Under the pieces are notes generated by a model that searched no databases, had not been told where the DNA came from, and saw only the letters and a list, made by a program, of their open reading frames with translations. 57,941 bases of DNA from Candidatus Colwellbacteria bacterium CG10_big_fil_rev_8_21_14_0_10_42_22 (lineage in GTDB: Bacteria > Patescibacteriota > Minisyncoccia > UBA6257 > Colwellbacteraceae), in the NCBI GenBank assembly GCA_002773725.1, contig PFAH01000010.1, positions 1-57,941 of the forward strand, given 5' to 3'. The translations under genes and the position numbers were made by a program. Positions 48,603-57,911 of the stretch are shown piece by piece (position 1 is the stretch's first letter; every line of letters begins with the position of its first letter).

Positions 48603-49586
48603 TTAAAATTGATTTATAAACCTTAAGTCACCTGTGTAAAACATTCTCATGTCCGGAATTTTGTATTTAATCATTGCTAGACGCTCGATACCCATCCCAA
48701 AAGCAAAACCCTGAAATTCACGCGGATTGTAATGAGCAGCTTCAAAGACGTGTGGATGCACCATGCCAGCCCCCATCATCTCAAGCCAATCCCCTCCCTT
48801 AAATCGCATATCAACCTCTACTCCCGGTTCAACAAATGGGAAATAGCTTGGTCTAAACCTTGCCTCTACTTGTTGCTCTTTGAAGAATTCCTCAAAGAAT
48901 TTTTCAATAATGTATTTAAAGTGAGTAAGATTAACGTCTTTGCCAACCATTAGTCCTTCAAACTGATAGAAATTTGTTTCGTGAGTAGCGTCCGTGGCTT
49001 CGTATCGAAAACACCTACCCGGAACAATAATTTGGAAAGGGGGCTGGTGTTTCTCCATATATCTAATCTGAACCGGCGATGTGTGAGTTCTCAAAAGTTT
49101 TTGCTCTTCACCCTTTTTGGGTTTAAGCCAAAACGTATCCCACGCCTCGCGTGCCGGATGCCAGTCCGGAAGATTAAGAGCGTCGAAATTGTAGAACTCG
49201 GTTTCCATCTCCGGTCCCTCTACCACAGAGAAGTTCATGGAAAGAAATATCTTCCTAATATCGCTCTCTATCTTAGATAGAAGGTGGATGTGTCCTTTAG
49301 TGGGCCTATGGCCAGGACGAGTAATATCAATACTGGGAAGTTCTTCTTCGCCAAGTTCTAGGAATTTAGCATCTATTTTGTTCTGTAATTCGTCTCTAAG
49401 CTTGTTTGCCTGACTACCAAGGGTTTTTCTTTCGTTTTCGGATAAATCCTTAAGAGAACGCAAAACAGAGGTTAGCTGACCCTTCCTGCCAAGATATTTG
49501 ACCCTAAGAGCTTCTAATTGGTTTTTATCCTGAACTGACTCTAATTCTTTCGGGTAATCTTTTTTAATACTGTCCAAGTCGGGCAT
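48603..49586 (-). CDS. pheS: Phenylalanine--tRNA ligase alpha subunit
   Basis: HPAR..DTF, LRTHTSPVQIR, FRPSYFPFVEP and FGMGIERL motifs. Confidence 0.98.
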   Translation of the reverse strand: MPDLDSIKKDYPKELESVQDKNQLEALRVKYLGRKGQLTSVLRSLKDLSENERKTLGSQANKLRDELQNKIDAKFLELGEEELPSIDITRPGHRPTKGHIHLLSKIESDIRKIFLSMNFSVVEGPEMETEFYNFDALNLPDWHPAREAWDTFWLKPKKGEEQKLLRTHTSPVQIRYMEKHQPPFQIIVPGRCFRYEATDATHETNFYQFEGLMVGKDVNLTHFKYIIEKFFEEFFKEQQVEARFRPSYFPFVEPGVEVDMRFKGGDWLEMMGAGMVHPHVFEAAHYNPREFQGFAFGMGIERLAMIKYKIPDMRMFYTGDLRFINQF

Positions 49587-49751
49587 ATATATTAATTCTA
49601 AGGGGAAAACCTAAAGCGCTCAACAAGTTGAATGCTCGGTCAAAGGTTTTGACAATAAAATTGGTGGGTTTTAAAATGCATCTGCGCTCCCCATCCCCCA
49701 CCCCGGGGAGTGCATGTGTCCCTCCGTCGCCTAAAGCTATGGAGGGGGCGC

Positions 49752-49823
49752 CGCGGGGAAGTGTAACGGTTGCACGTGAGGCTCATAACCTTAAGGCAGC
49801 GGGTTCGACTCCCGCCCCCGCAA
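49752..49823 (+). tRNA. Initiator-type tRNA-Met(CAT), non-canonical
   Basis: C1xA72 mismatch; anticodon arm TGAGG-CTCATAA-CCTTA; GCGGG-TTCGACT-CCCGC T-arm. Confidence 0.88.
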
Positions 49824-49829
49824 CAAAGC

Positions 49830-49858
49830 TTGACTTATCGCTTATTTTGTGATATAAG
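49830..49858 (+). promoter_or_regulatory. sigma70 promoter directly after the tRNA-fMet 3' end
   Basis: TTGACT-17bp-TATAAG with extended -10 TG. Confidence 0.7.
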
Positions 49859-49902
49859 GGGGCTTTTTTGTATAAAACTGGCGGAAAAAAACTGGAGGAG
49901 AG

Positions 49903-50370
49903 ATGACGTACGTACGAATGGCTGTGCGGCCCTTCAGGAAGCTTAGCGATTACATCAACAAGCTTCCCTTGGCCGGTAAACTGGCCATTGCCCCCGTGGT
50001 GTTTAGGGCGTACACAGCTCCCAAGGGCCAACGCCTGAGTCGTTTCCTGATGGCCGTCGCCCTCCTGTTGGTGATGATCGTTGGTCATTACCGCCAGGTA
50101 TTGCTCGGCTTGGAGCTCTACACGAACGGCGCTCCGTGGGCACAGAGCATCGGCTTGATCTACGCCGCGGTTAACATCCTCGTGGTGTACACGCAGGCAG
50201 TGATCTTGATAAGGGTGCTGGCACGCATCAGAAGGCTCGCCAGGATGCGGAACACAACCACCAGGCGCACCTACAAGGGCTTCAGTCCGGCACACAAGGT
50301 AGCCTGCTTTGCAGTCACGCTCGGTGGGCAAATCGTATTCCTCCTCTCACAGACCATCACAGGTTTGTAG
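49903..50370 (+). CDS. GC-rich orphan membrane protein
   Basis: Basic, ~3 TM segments; GGAGG SD. Confidence 0.75.
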   Translation: MTYVRMAVRPFRKLSDYINKLPLAGKLAIAPVVFRAYTAPKGQRLSRFLMAVALLLVMIVGHYRQVLLGLELYTNGAPWAQSIGLIYAAVNILVVYTQAVILIRVLARIRRLARMRNTTTRRTYKGFSPAHKVACFAVTLGGQIVFLLSQTITGL

Positions 50371-50462
50371 GATAGGATGTATACGACCCGAGAGGGCCTA
50401 ACGCCGCTGACGGAAAGCGAAGAGGCATAAGTCAAAACCTCTTCCCTACTTACTGAGGCGGC

Positions 50463-50502
50463 TTCTTCGTTTTTAGGTATTCAAAATCACTAATTCTCCC
50501 AC
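50463..50502 (+). repeat. Conserved post-terminator motif, copy B
   Basis: TTCTTCGTTTTTAGGTATTCAAAATCACTAATTCTCCCAC. Confidence 0.75.
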
Positions 50503-50541
50503 TATTTGGTTCCATCCGGATCTTACCCCCGCAACCATTAT

Positions 50542-51051
50542 TTAATCTATAAGTAAAATTTCTGGGTTCTCTGTGGGTTTTAAAATCCATGGTATTAATC
50601 CGGTCTCATCCGGCTCAAGTTCTCTGGCGAAATAATCTGGTTTGACGATTGATGTTGTTTTATGAAAAAGGGTGGCTGTTTTAATCTCCTTTATATTAGG
50701 AAATTTATTCATAAGATACGTTTTTCCGTATTTCAGAGTATCGCCGGTCTCTGTTAGATCATCTATGAGCAAAATTTTGCCCGACACATCTTCGGTCGTA
50801 TAAACACAATGGAGCGCAAACCTTATCCTTTCCATTTTCTTCCCCTCTGGCCAATTCTCTGCAGCCATAACAACGAGCGGTTTCTTAAATAGATAAGAAA
50901 CTCGTTCACCGATAGTGAGGGAACCTCTTGAAATCGCGACTATATGGTTTGGAATAAAACCGTCGTTTTCAACCTGCTCATATATATTCTGAATATGTCG
51001 AAGATATTCTTCCCAACTGATTTTAATAATTTTTCTATCTTGCTTCTCCAT
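50542..51051 (-). CDS. Phosphoribosyltransferase (purine-salvage-like)
   Basis: VAISRGS and LLIDDLTETGDTL PRPP-binding loop. Confidence 0.85.
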   Translation of the reverse strand: MEKQDRKIIKISWEEYLRHIQNIYEQVENDGFIPNHIVAISRGSLTIGERVSYLFKKPLVVMAAENWPEGKKMERIRFALHCVYTTEDVSGKILLIDDLTETGDTLKYGKTYLMNKFPNIKEIKTATLFHKTTSIVKPDYFARELEPDETGLIPWILKPTENPEILLID

Positions 51052-51145
51052 CTTTATATCAATTTTACTCCCAATCTATCCTTTTACGAGGGTTTCCCGA
51101 ATTTCTACTAAGATTTTTAAGAGTATTTTCGTTTATAATATCTAA

Positions 51146-52549
51146 ATGGATAAATATCCTTCTCTTATAGAAAAAGAACTCCCCGCTCCCCCGCATTGGA
51201 GTAAGGCGCTTGGAGTTGGAATTGTAGTGATGGGGCTTGCCATTGGCACGGGCGAGCTTATCTTGTGGCCCCACCTTGTTACAAAGCACGGGCTTTCACT
51301 TTTGTGGTTGGCACTTTTGGGAATTGGTTTTCAATACTTTATTAACCGCGAAGTGGCTCGGCATGAAGTAGCTACGGGTGAGGGGTTTTTTACCACTTCA
51401 GCTCGTATATTTAAATGGTCTGTTTTCTTTTGGCTACCGTCAGCTGTGTTGCTCTACATCTGGCCAGGGTGGGCATCTGCTATCGGCACCACCTTAAATG
51501 CTCTTTTTGGATTTGGGACACACCTTTTTTGGTCTTGGATGACATTGGGTTTAGTGCTTCTTTTAACGTTTAGTGGACGAATTGCATACACCATGCTCGA
51601 AAAATCTCTCAAAGTACTCGTACCCACTTTTTTCACGCTTTTACTCGTAATTAGTTTCTTTAATTTAAAACTTGCTGACCTCCTAGAAGCCGGGAGGGGC
51701 GCCCTTTCTTTTGGAGTGATTCCAGAGGGAGTGGATATAAATGTATTACTTGGAGCAATTGTTTTTGCTGGTGCTGGTGGGATGCTCAATTTGGCAGTAT
51801 CTCTATGGTATCGGGATAAACAAGTTGGAATGGGAAAATATGTAGGACGTATCACAAATCCGATTACAGGCAAAGTGGAGGCCACGCCCGCCACGGGATA
51901 TAAGTTTGATGTCAAAAACCCCGAGAACATGAAGCGCTGGAAGGGTTGGATGAGATACGTGACGATTGATCAGGGCGTAATTTTTTTCTTGCTTGGTTTT
52001 ATTACACTTTTTCTTCTAAGTGCCAATGCCTATGCCGTCTTGTCTCCTCAAGGCATCGTGCCGGAGGGCTTACAGGTAGCGGTAGTCCAAGCGCAAATCT
52101 TTGGAAATGTCTGGGGACCTATCGGATATAATCTTTTCTTGATAATGGCATTCTTAATGATTTTTGCCGTGATGTGGACAGTGATTGATGCTCTAACTCG
52201 AATAATCTCGGATATTGTCTATACCAATGCTCATGTCGGTCCTTTTCAGAAAATATTTTTTGTATTCAATAAACTTTCTCTAAGTCAGCTCTATTACATC
52301 TCGATAGTACTTATCGTAATCTCTGGAGCTTTCCTACTCCTACTCGAGCAACCATTAACTCTCCTTGTGATATCTGGTGTGCTTTCGGGCCTCACGATGG
52401 CGCTCTATACGCCCTTCTTGATTTATGTAAACAACAAACACTTGCCCAAACCACTTCGACCCTCAATAATTACAAGCTTGATAATGATGGGAATTTCGAG
52501 TTTCTATATGTATTTTGCGTTTAGAATTGTTGCCTCCTATTTGGCATAA
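51146..52549 (+). CDS. NRAMP-like/APC-superfamily transporter
   Basis: GTGELILWP motif, ~11 TM segments; leaderless-type promoter. Confidence 0.75.
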   Translation: MDKYPSLIEKELPAPPHWSKALGVGIVVMGLAIGTGELILWPHLVTKHGLSLLWLALLGIGFQYFINREVARHEVATGEGFFTTSARIFKWSVFFWLPSAVLLYIWPGWASAIGTTLNALFGFGTHLFWSWMTLGLVLLLTFSGRIAYTMLEKSLKVLVPTFFTLLLVISFFNLKLADLLEAGRGALSFGVIPEGVDINVLLGAIVFAGAGGMLNLAVSLWYRDKQVGMGKYVGRITNPITGKVEATPATGYKFDVKNPENMKRWKGWMRYVTIDQGVIFFLLGFITLFLLSANAYAVLSPQGIVPEGLQVAVVQAQIFGNVWGPIGYNLFLIMAFLMIFAVMWTVIDALTRIISDIVYTNAHVGPFQKIFFVFNKLSLSQLYYISIVLIVISGAFLLLLEQPLTLLVISGVLSGLTMALYTPFLIYVNNKHLPKPLRPSIITSLIMMGISSFYMYFAFRIVASYLA

Positions 52550-52565
52550 AATCTAAGGTTCTATG

Positions 52566-52594
52566 TTGACTACTCCTATATTTTGTGGTATAAT
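52566..52594 (+). promoter_or_regulatory. Consensus sigma70 promoter
   Basis: TTGACT-17bp-TATAAT with extended -10 TG. Confidence 0.8.
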
Positions 52595-52621
52595 ACCGTT
52601 GGTACACTGAAAAGAGGTGAA

Positions 52622-52903
52622 ATGATCAGTGCGCTGAGCTCGATTCTGAGCTCTCTGTTGGTACTCTGGGTCATGGGGCTCGGATTCGCCGTCATGTTCG
52701 GACGGCACCAGCAGTACAACGCGGCGTGGGGGCGCATCATCCGGCGGTTCTTCCGCTGGGTGGGACGTACCATCCGCCACATTGTAAGAGGAATCTGGAA
52801 CTGGCTCCGACCGCACCTTATCAGAGGTCTGCGGAGGGTCGGTCGGTGGCTCCATGCTCGTGCCCGTCAGGGTTGGGCTTGGCTTCGCACCAGATTCGCA
52901 TAG
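52622..52903 (+). CDS. GC-rich orphan: one TM plus Arg/Trp-rich amphipathic tail
   Basis: GAGGTGA SD; start at MISAL. Confidence 0.7.
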   Translation: MISALSSILSSLLVLWVMGLGFAVMFGRHQQYNAAWGRIIRRFFRWVGRTIRHIVRGIWNWLRPHLIRGLRRVGRWLHARARQGWAWLRTRFA

Positions 52904-52906
52904 GTT

Positions 52907-52980
52907 ACCGCCCACCTATTCTCCAAAAAAGGGCGGTTTTACTTTTTTAAAAACAAAAGACGTCCCACTGGACGTCTTTT
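52907..52980. terminator. Two terminators between convergent genes
   Basis: ACCGCCC/GGGCGGT plus TTT, and AAAAGACGTCC-CACT-GGACGTCTTTT. Confidence 0.75.
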
Positions 52981-53002
52981 AAATGCTCTATCTCTTACAA
53001 CG

Positions 53003-54592
53003 CTACCCCTTCGTATTGGAGCTCAAGTAGATTTGGGACGTCTGATAACCATAACCCCCTCCTTTGGCTGGACCGATGACATACATCTGATCCATCTTAG
53101 AACTCGTAGCTAATCCCCAAGCGATGCTTTGCAAACTCACGTTATAAAAGCCCGCTCCACTTTTAGGAGTCACAGAAACTGTAAAGGTGAATCTAACGGT
53201 CTGGTTCGCTCCAATAAATACTGTATTCTCAGCCCCCTTGCCCGCATTTGATGTTACGGCGTGGGTCTCAATTATGTCAGTGCCGCCATGTATACCAAAA
53301 CCAAAAGCCGTACTGACAGAAGCTGATTCACCAACGGCCGAAACGTCCATTACTATCTCGAAGATACCTTGATCGGGGTAAATGTCTTCTCCTGGATTTA
53401 TAGAAGCTCCCTTCGTTACAACGGCAGTCGCGCTCACCAAATTGGCTTCAATTGAAGCTCTGCTAGGTATTTCTACAGACACGGTTGCAGATGTCGATTC
53501 CCCTCCATCCTTCGTGAAACAATCCAAGCGGAAACTAGCGGTGCCAGAGGTCTCTGGCTTAAAGATATGTGAGCCGGATGCTGGTAGTTCTGCTTTCCCA
53601 GTTGAATAGCCCATCCTTTCTACAAATTCACAGTATTCAGTATTGCTACTTTCCCAATAAGCAATAGCTTGGGGTGGATTTTCGAGATTATTCATGATGG
53701 AGTCCCTATTAATCACCACCTCAAAATAAGTTATGGCTGGCTTGGTCGTATTAGGTCCACCAATTTCTGCAAGAATGGCCCGATACAAAGTCGCTGTTTC
53801 CCTAACAACCACAACGGCGGACTTGGTATCTGAAACCAATGTCTGATAGAGGGACTTTCCTTGTTTCCAGACAGCCCTTGCCTCTTCTAATACACCTGCG
53901 ACTCGTAATTGATCGAAGACATTAAGCGCAAGTTCATATCTAGAGACCGCTACGCCTATCGCCTTATCGGAGGCGTCCACCAAATCTGTTAGGTCTTTGT
54001 CTTGAATGCCATTATTAGACATCCCCGGCCTTATGGTGCCGGAAACAATATTATCCAACTTGCCTATCTTTTCGGCCATTAAGTCGATTTTTATGAAACC
54101 GACAGCCCTATTCATTTTGGTTGCCCGAAACAAAATAAGCTCGTTACGTAGAACGGATAATTCTTTCGCATCCACTGTCTTCTCAATAGATCTTCTTAGA
54201 GTAGCCACCTCTTTAATCAATTCCCTAACTCTTTCCAACGTGCTCGCATATTCAATTGGTGCCATTTTGATGGGTTCCAATTGAGACACCTTAATCTCAA
54301 CTATCTTTAGAGAAAGTTCTGACATTTCGGCCAAAAGAAGTAACTGTTCTTTGACGCTACTATTAAGCATGCCTTTAGTTTCATCGTTTTTGTCAGCTTT
54401 CCAGCTTTGTCTAAGACTTTTGATGTCGTTGCCTAAACTCTTATATTCAGACGTTATCTCTTTTAAGGATGCCTGCATATCCTCTAAAGAATTAGTGTTA
54501 ACAGCACTTTGAATGCTCGCCAACAAGCTACCAGGCATCACAAGCCCCGCCATTAACACTCCTATAGTGATATTTTTGGTAATGTTTTTCAT
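53003..54592 (-). CDS. Large secreted/surface hypothetical protein
   Basis: Signal peptide, long coiled coil, beta-rich C-terminal domains. Confidence 0.75.
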   Translation of the reverse strand: MKNITKNITIGVLMAGLVMPGSLLASIQSAVNTNSLEDMQASLKEITSEYKSLGNDIKSLRQSWKADKNDETKGMLNSSVKEQLLLLAEMSELSLKIVEIKVSQLEPIKMAPIEYASTLERVRELIKEVATLRRSIEKTVDAKELSVLRNELILFRATKMNRAVGFIKIDLMAEKIGKLDNIVSGTIRPGMSNNGIQDKDLTDLVDASDKAIGVAVSRYELALNVFDQLRVAGVLEEARAVWKQGKSLYQTLVSDTKSAVVVVRETATLYRAILAEIGGPNTTKPAITYFEVVINRDSIMNNLENPPQAIAYWESSNTEYCEFVERMGYSTGKAELPASGSHIFKPETSGTASFRLDCFTKDGGESTSATVSVEIPSRASIEANLVSATAVVTKGASINPGEDIYPDQGIFEIVMDVSAVGESASVSTAFGFGIHGGTDIIETHAVTSNAGKGAENTVFIGANQTVRFTFTVSVTPKSGAGFYNVSLQSIAWGLATSSKMDQMYVIGPAKGGGYGYQTSQIYLSSNTKG

Positions 54593-54613
54593 AGAATTGG
54601 TTTTAACTGATTT

Positions 54614-54817
54614 TTATTCAGCGAATTCCTCTAGATTCTCGTCTAGATCCGGAGTCGTTCCTAAGTCATCCTCCCCAAAGAATTCTTGATCAACCCCCTG
54701 TTCTACCTCGCTGACAGTGGGCTCGGCAGGCCCATTAGTTATGGTTTTGAAATTAACAACTAAGATAAGCGTCAAAATGACGACGGCTAAAAATATTAGC
54801 CAAAGTTTTTTATTCAT
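54614..54817 (-). CDS. Small single-TM hypothetical protein
   Basis: N-terminal TM and acidic tail; TATACT 7 nt before ATG. Confidence 0.6.
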   Translation of the reverse strand: MNKKLWLIFLAVVILTLILVVNFKTITNGPAEPTVSEVEQGVDQEFFGEDDLGTTPDLDENLEEFAE

Positions 54818-54881
54818 TGATTTAAGTATAAATCAATCACCCCATAGAAACATCTAAGTGTTAATATCCTTATTGATTATC

Positions 54882-57203
54882 TTATGAAGGCGGGATGAGC
54901 TTCATATTAAACGGCTTAGTAGTTTTACCATTGACCAACATCCTGACATACGCCTGAAAGTTATCCATCTCAATCAGGTCTTTCTGTTCAATCTTGGGGG
55001 CAAATTGTTTTTCCAGAAATTCTGCATCTTCTGCTCCCACTCTGAAGGCCATCATGGAGCCAACGTTGCCAAAGACCGCGTCCCTGATGTCGTCTTGAAG
55101 TTGCTGAATAAACTGGTGGGCGATAATCAGATTGAGTTTGTATTTCCTGGCCTCTGAAAGAATAGTAGCGATGCTGGGGGTGGTAATGTTTTGGAATTCA
55201 TCCATGTATAGATAAAAATCTTTACGAGTTCCTTCTTCGCTATCAACGCGCGAAAGAGCGGCCATTAAAAGTTTACCGACTACAACTAATCCGATAAGGT
55301 TGGAATTTAGATCTCCCAATTTCCCTTTTGAAAGATTAACTAAAATTATTTTCTGATTATCCATGGCATCCCTAAAGTTGATGGTACTTTTTTGCTGGCT
55401 AATAACGGGACGCAAAAACTCATCCGCCACAAAGCCGTTAATTTTAGAAGTGATGTAGGGAGCAATGTTTGAAAGAGATGCCTCTCCTTTGGCCTTCTCC
55501 GCCTCCCCTTCCCAAAAACGCTTAACTACTTCGTTTGTCTCGCGACTTAATTTATCTGCTCTGTATTCGCTGTCCGTTAGGACCTTTGGAACATCGAGAA
55601 GAGTCGGTATTTCGTGTGCATAGTCGTCTAAAAGCAAAAGGACGGAGTTCCTGAAATATTGATCAAAAACAGGACCCATGGTCTCTGCTAAAAAGAGCTT
55701 ATGGAATATACCTAAAAGTTCATTAACCACTAGCGTCTTCTGTTCGGGTCTCTTTGGGTCAATATCCAACATATTAAGGCCGAATGATCTTGATAAGTCG
55801 CCCGGATCAAACCAGACAATGTCTTGTTTCCTATTCTCGGGCACAATTGAGAGAGCATATTGAGCTAATTCTCCATGAGGGTCTAGAACGGCTAGCCCTT
55901 CACCATTTTCGATATCTTGTCTAATCATGTTTTTGAAAAAGCTCGTCTTACCGGTACCAGTTTGACCGACAACGTATAGATGCCTGCGTCTGTCGTCTCT
56001 ACTCATTCTAATAACGCTTTTTTTACCCCTGAATTCGTTTTCTCCTAAAACAACTCCTTCACTAGCAATCTCTGATGGGGGCTCAAGAATCTTGCCCTTA
56101 AGCGTCTTATACCCAGGTACACCAGCTTGAGATAAGGATAGGTGGAATAGTCCCACCAATTCTTTTGTGGAGATTAAGCTGGCTTTTTTGGGTTCAGGGA
56201 TTCTGAATGAATAATTAAAAACAAATTTGCGCATACTCCGAGAGCGAATCCGTTTTGTGTAAAATGAATTGCCAACGGGATTGCTAAACTGCTGATAGGC
56301 GGACTCCATTTCGCTAATGATTTGCTCGGCTCTCGTTTCGCTCTCAGCCGATACCACCAAACGAATGTTAGTTTGGAAGTGATGTTTGGTAATTTTTTCC
56401 TGAAGTTCCTTGATAAAGGCCTCGTCCGCAACTGTGCTCGGCTCTATTTCCTTTTGAGGTTGAGGGTTGCCGGATGCATCCCGAGCGGGAGTAGATAAGA
56501 TATTAGTTACTTCTCTTACTTTTTCACCTTTAACACGAGAGAGGGCGTTTGAAAAATCGTGACCCTTTTGCATCTCCTTTATAATCTTTTTGGCCATCTC
56601 TCTTTGTTTTCGATAGTCGGCGGGGCGAACAATGTATTGAACGGATGCCCCTTCCCCTTCTTCGGCGATTTTGCTCATAGCGGTAACAATGCTCGACAAC
56701 GGGTCTGCACTCATATTGTCGTACGTATTGAGAGATAGGAGTGGGGTGTTGCTAGTCCTGAGCCATGCACCTAAGCTAAATCCTCCGGGGGTAAAGATAT
56801 TATAGTCCTCGGTTTTCTTGACTTCAGCATAAGGGAATACGCCATGAATCTGTTTCTCAAGAATTCCCTCTATAGAGCGAGGCACGGCTATATAGCTCAT
56901 AATCTTATCTCCCTTGTGGTGCACCGCTAACTCCAGCGAAGCATAAGGTTGGCCATAAATTAGGGCTTTGAATCCACGCGCCCTCAAGCTCATCAAAGAG
57001 GTTAGGAACTGCTCCATGTCTTTCATAACTTTGTGTTCCTCGCCCTTCTCACTACTTTCATCTGCTTTAGGTAAGATAACTGAATATAAGGACGTGTTTA
57101 GGGAGCGCACTATAGAACCCTGTTTTCGGTGTTTTAATATAAAAATGGCCGATACAATAACCAACACAAGGAATAGAAGAAATAGAATTATGGTGGCGTT
57201 CAT
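54882..57203 (-). CDS. VirD4/TrwB/HerA-like P-loop ATPase
   Basis: RRRHLYVVGQTGTGKT, DPHGE, LYMDEFQN, EARKY and AHQFIQQL motifs; N-terminal TM. Confidence 0.88.
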   Translation of the reverse strand: MNATIILFLLFLVLVIVSAIFILKHRKQGSIVRSLNTSLYSVILPKADESSEKGEEHKVMKDMEQFLTSLMSLRARGFKALIYGQPYASLELAVHHKGDKIMSYIAVPRSIEGILEKQIHGVFPYAEVKKTEDYNIFTPGGFSLGAWLRTSNTPLLSLNTYDNMSADPLSSIVTAMSKIAEEGEGASVQYIVRPADYRKQREMAKKIIKEMQKGHDFSNALSRVKGEKVREVTNILSTPARDASGNPQPQKEIEPSTVADEAFIKELQEKITKHHFQTNIRLVVSAESETRAEQIISEMESAYQQFSNPVGNSFYTKRIRSRSMRKFVFNYSFRIPEPKKASLISTKELVGLFHLSLSQAGVPGYKTLKGKILEPPSEIASEGVVLGENEFRGKKSVIRMSRDDRRRHLYVVGQTGTGKTSFFKNMIRQDIENGEGLAVLDPHGELAQYALSIVPENRKQDIVWFDPGDLSRSFGLNMLDIDPKRPEQKTLVVNELLGIFHKLFLAETMGPVFDQYFRNSVLLLLDDYAHEIPTLLDVPKVLTDSEYRADKLSRETNEVVKRFWEGEAEKAKGEASLSNIAPYITSKINGFVADEFLRPVISQQKSTINFRDAMDNQKIILVNLSKGKLGDLNSNLIGLVVVGKLLMAALSRVDSEEGTRKDFYLYMDEFQNITTPSIATILSEARKYKLNLIIAHQFIQQLQDDIRDAVFGNVGSMMAFRVGAEDAEFLEKQFAPKIEQKDLIEMDNFQAYVRMLVNGKTTKPFNMKLIPPS

Positions 57204-57619
57204 TACTTAATCTGTTTGATTTTACCGCTTTGCACTAATTGGTTGAAAAGCTTGTCTACAATAGCATCGTGGAAAGCGTCTAAGATGGCGGGGTCGTTAA
57301 TATCCCGAGCTTTTTTGATAGCGTCATCTAAATCTTTAGAAACAGCAAGGTTGATAAGTTCATCCACTTGGGGCTTAAGCTTGGGGTCTTCATACGATGG
57401 GGGCTCTGCTCCATAAGGCCTATCATCGCTAGGTTTAGAAGTGGGTTGAGGCGCGCTCCCCTCTTTACCAAGACGCTCACCAACTACTTGGTGGAGAGCG
57501 TCTCGCTCATGTTGTCCTTCAATAAAAGTTGTCTCCGGAGAAGAAACTCTTTCTTGAACTTTAAAAGAAAGATTATCCAAATGAGGTGTTAATCCCGGCT
57601 GTTCTTGTATTTCTGTCAT
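57203..57619 (-). CDS. Conserved hypothetical protein upstream of the ATPase
   Basis: DPAILDAFHDAIVD motif; stop overlaps the ATPase start; TATAAT 7 nt before ATG. Confidence 0.7.
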   Translation of the reverse strand: MTEIQEQPGLTPHLDNLSFKVQERVSSPETTFIEGQHERDALHQVVGERLGKEGSAPQPTSKPSDDRPYGAEPPSYEDPKLKPQVDELINLAVSKDLDDAIKKARDINDPAILDAFHDAIVDKLFNQLVQSGKIKQIK

Positions 57620-57670
57620 ATATAAAATTATAGCCCCTAAGGGGCTATTTTTCATCTAATGTGTTGGATA

Positions 57671-57701
57671 GTGGGGGCTTTGTTTTCACTCGCGCCCCCA
57701 C
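57671..57701 (-). terminator. Hairpin downstream of ORF 57702-57911
   Basis: GTGGGGGC/GCCCCCAC; second hairpin TAGCCCC-TAA-GGGGCTA at 57631-57647. Confidence 0.65.
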
Positions 57702-57911
57702 TTACGAGCTTTCGTAATTGCGTGCATTGAGACGCCTGCTCTCTGCTGTTATCTCTTTGGGCTTACAACAGATAGTGGTGCCGTGCGTTTTCAGAACATC
57801 TAATGTTTCAGCGTCTGGCATCTTGCCACACATGGAACACTCCAGCGTGTCCAATCTCCAGCAGTGCTGAACGAAAGATCCTCTTTCGCTAAAGCAGATT
57901 TTCTCTGCCAT
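57702..57911 (-). CDS. Small Cys-rich orphan protein
   Basis: CxxC plus CC; perfect AAGGAGGTGA SD. Confidence 0.65.
   Translation of the reverse strand: MAEKICFSERGSFVQHCWRLDTLECSMCGKMPDAETLDVLKTHGTTICCKPKEITAESRRLNARNYESS

Noticed and set aside
54882-57203. Conjugative element/ICE
   Set aside because: No relaxase, VirB4 cluster or integrase; host-like composition.
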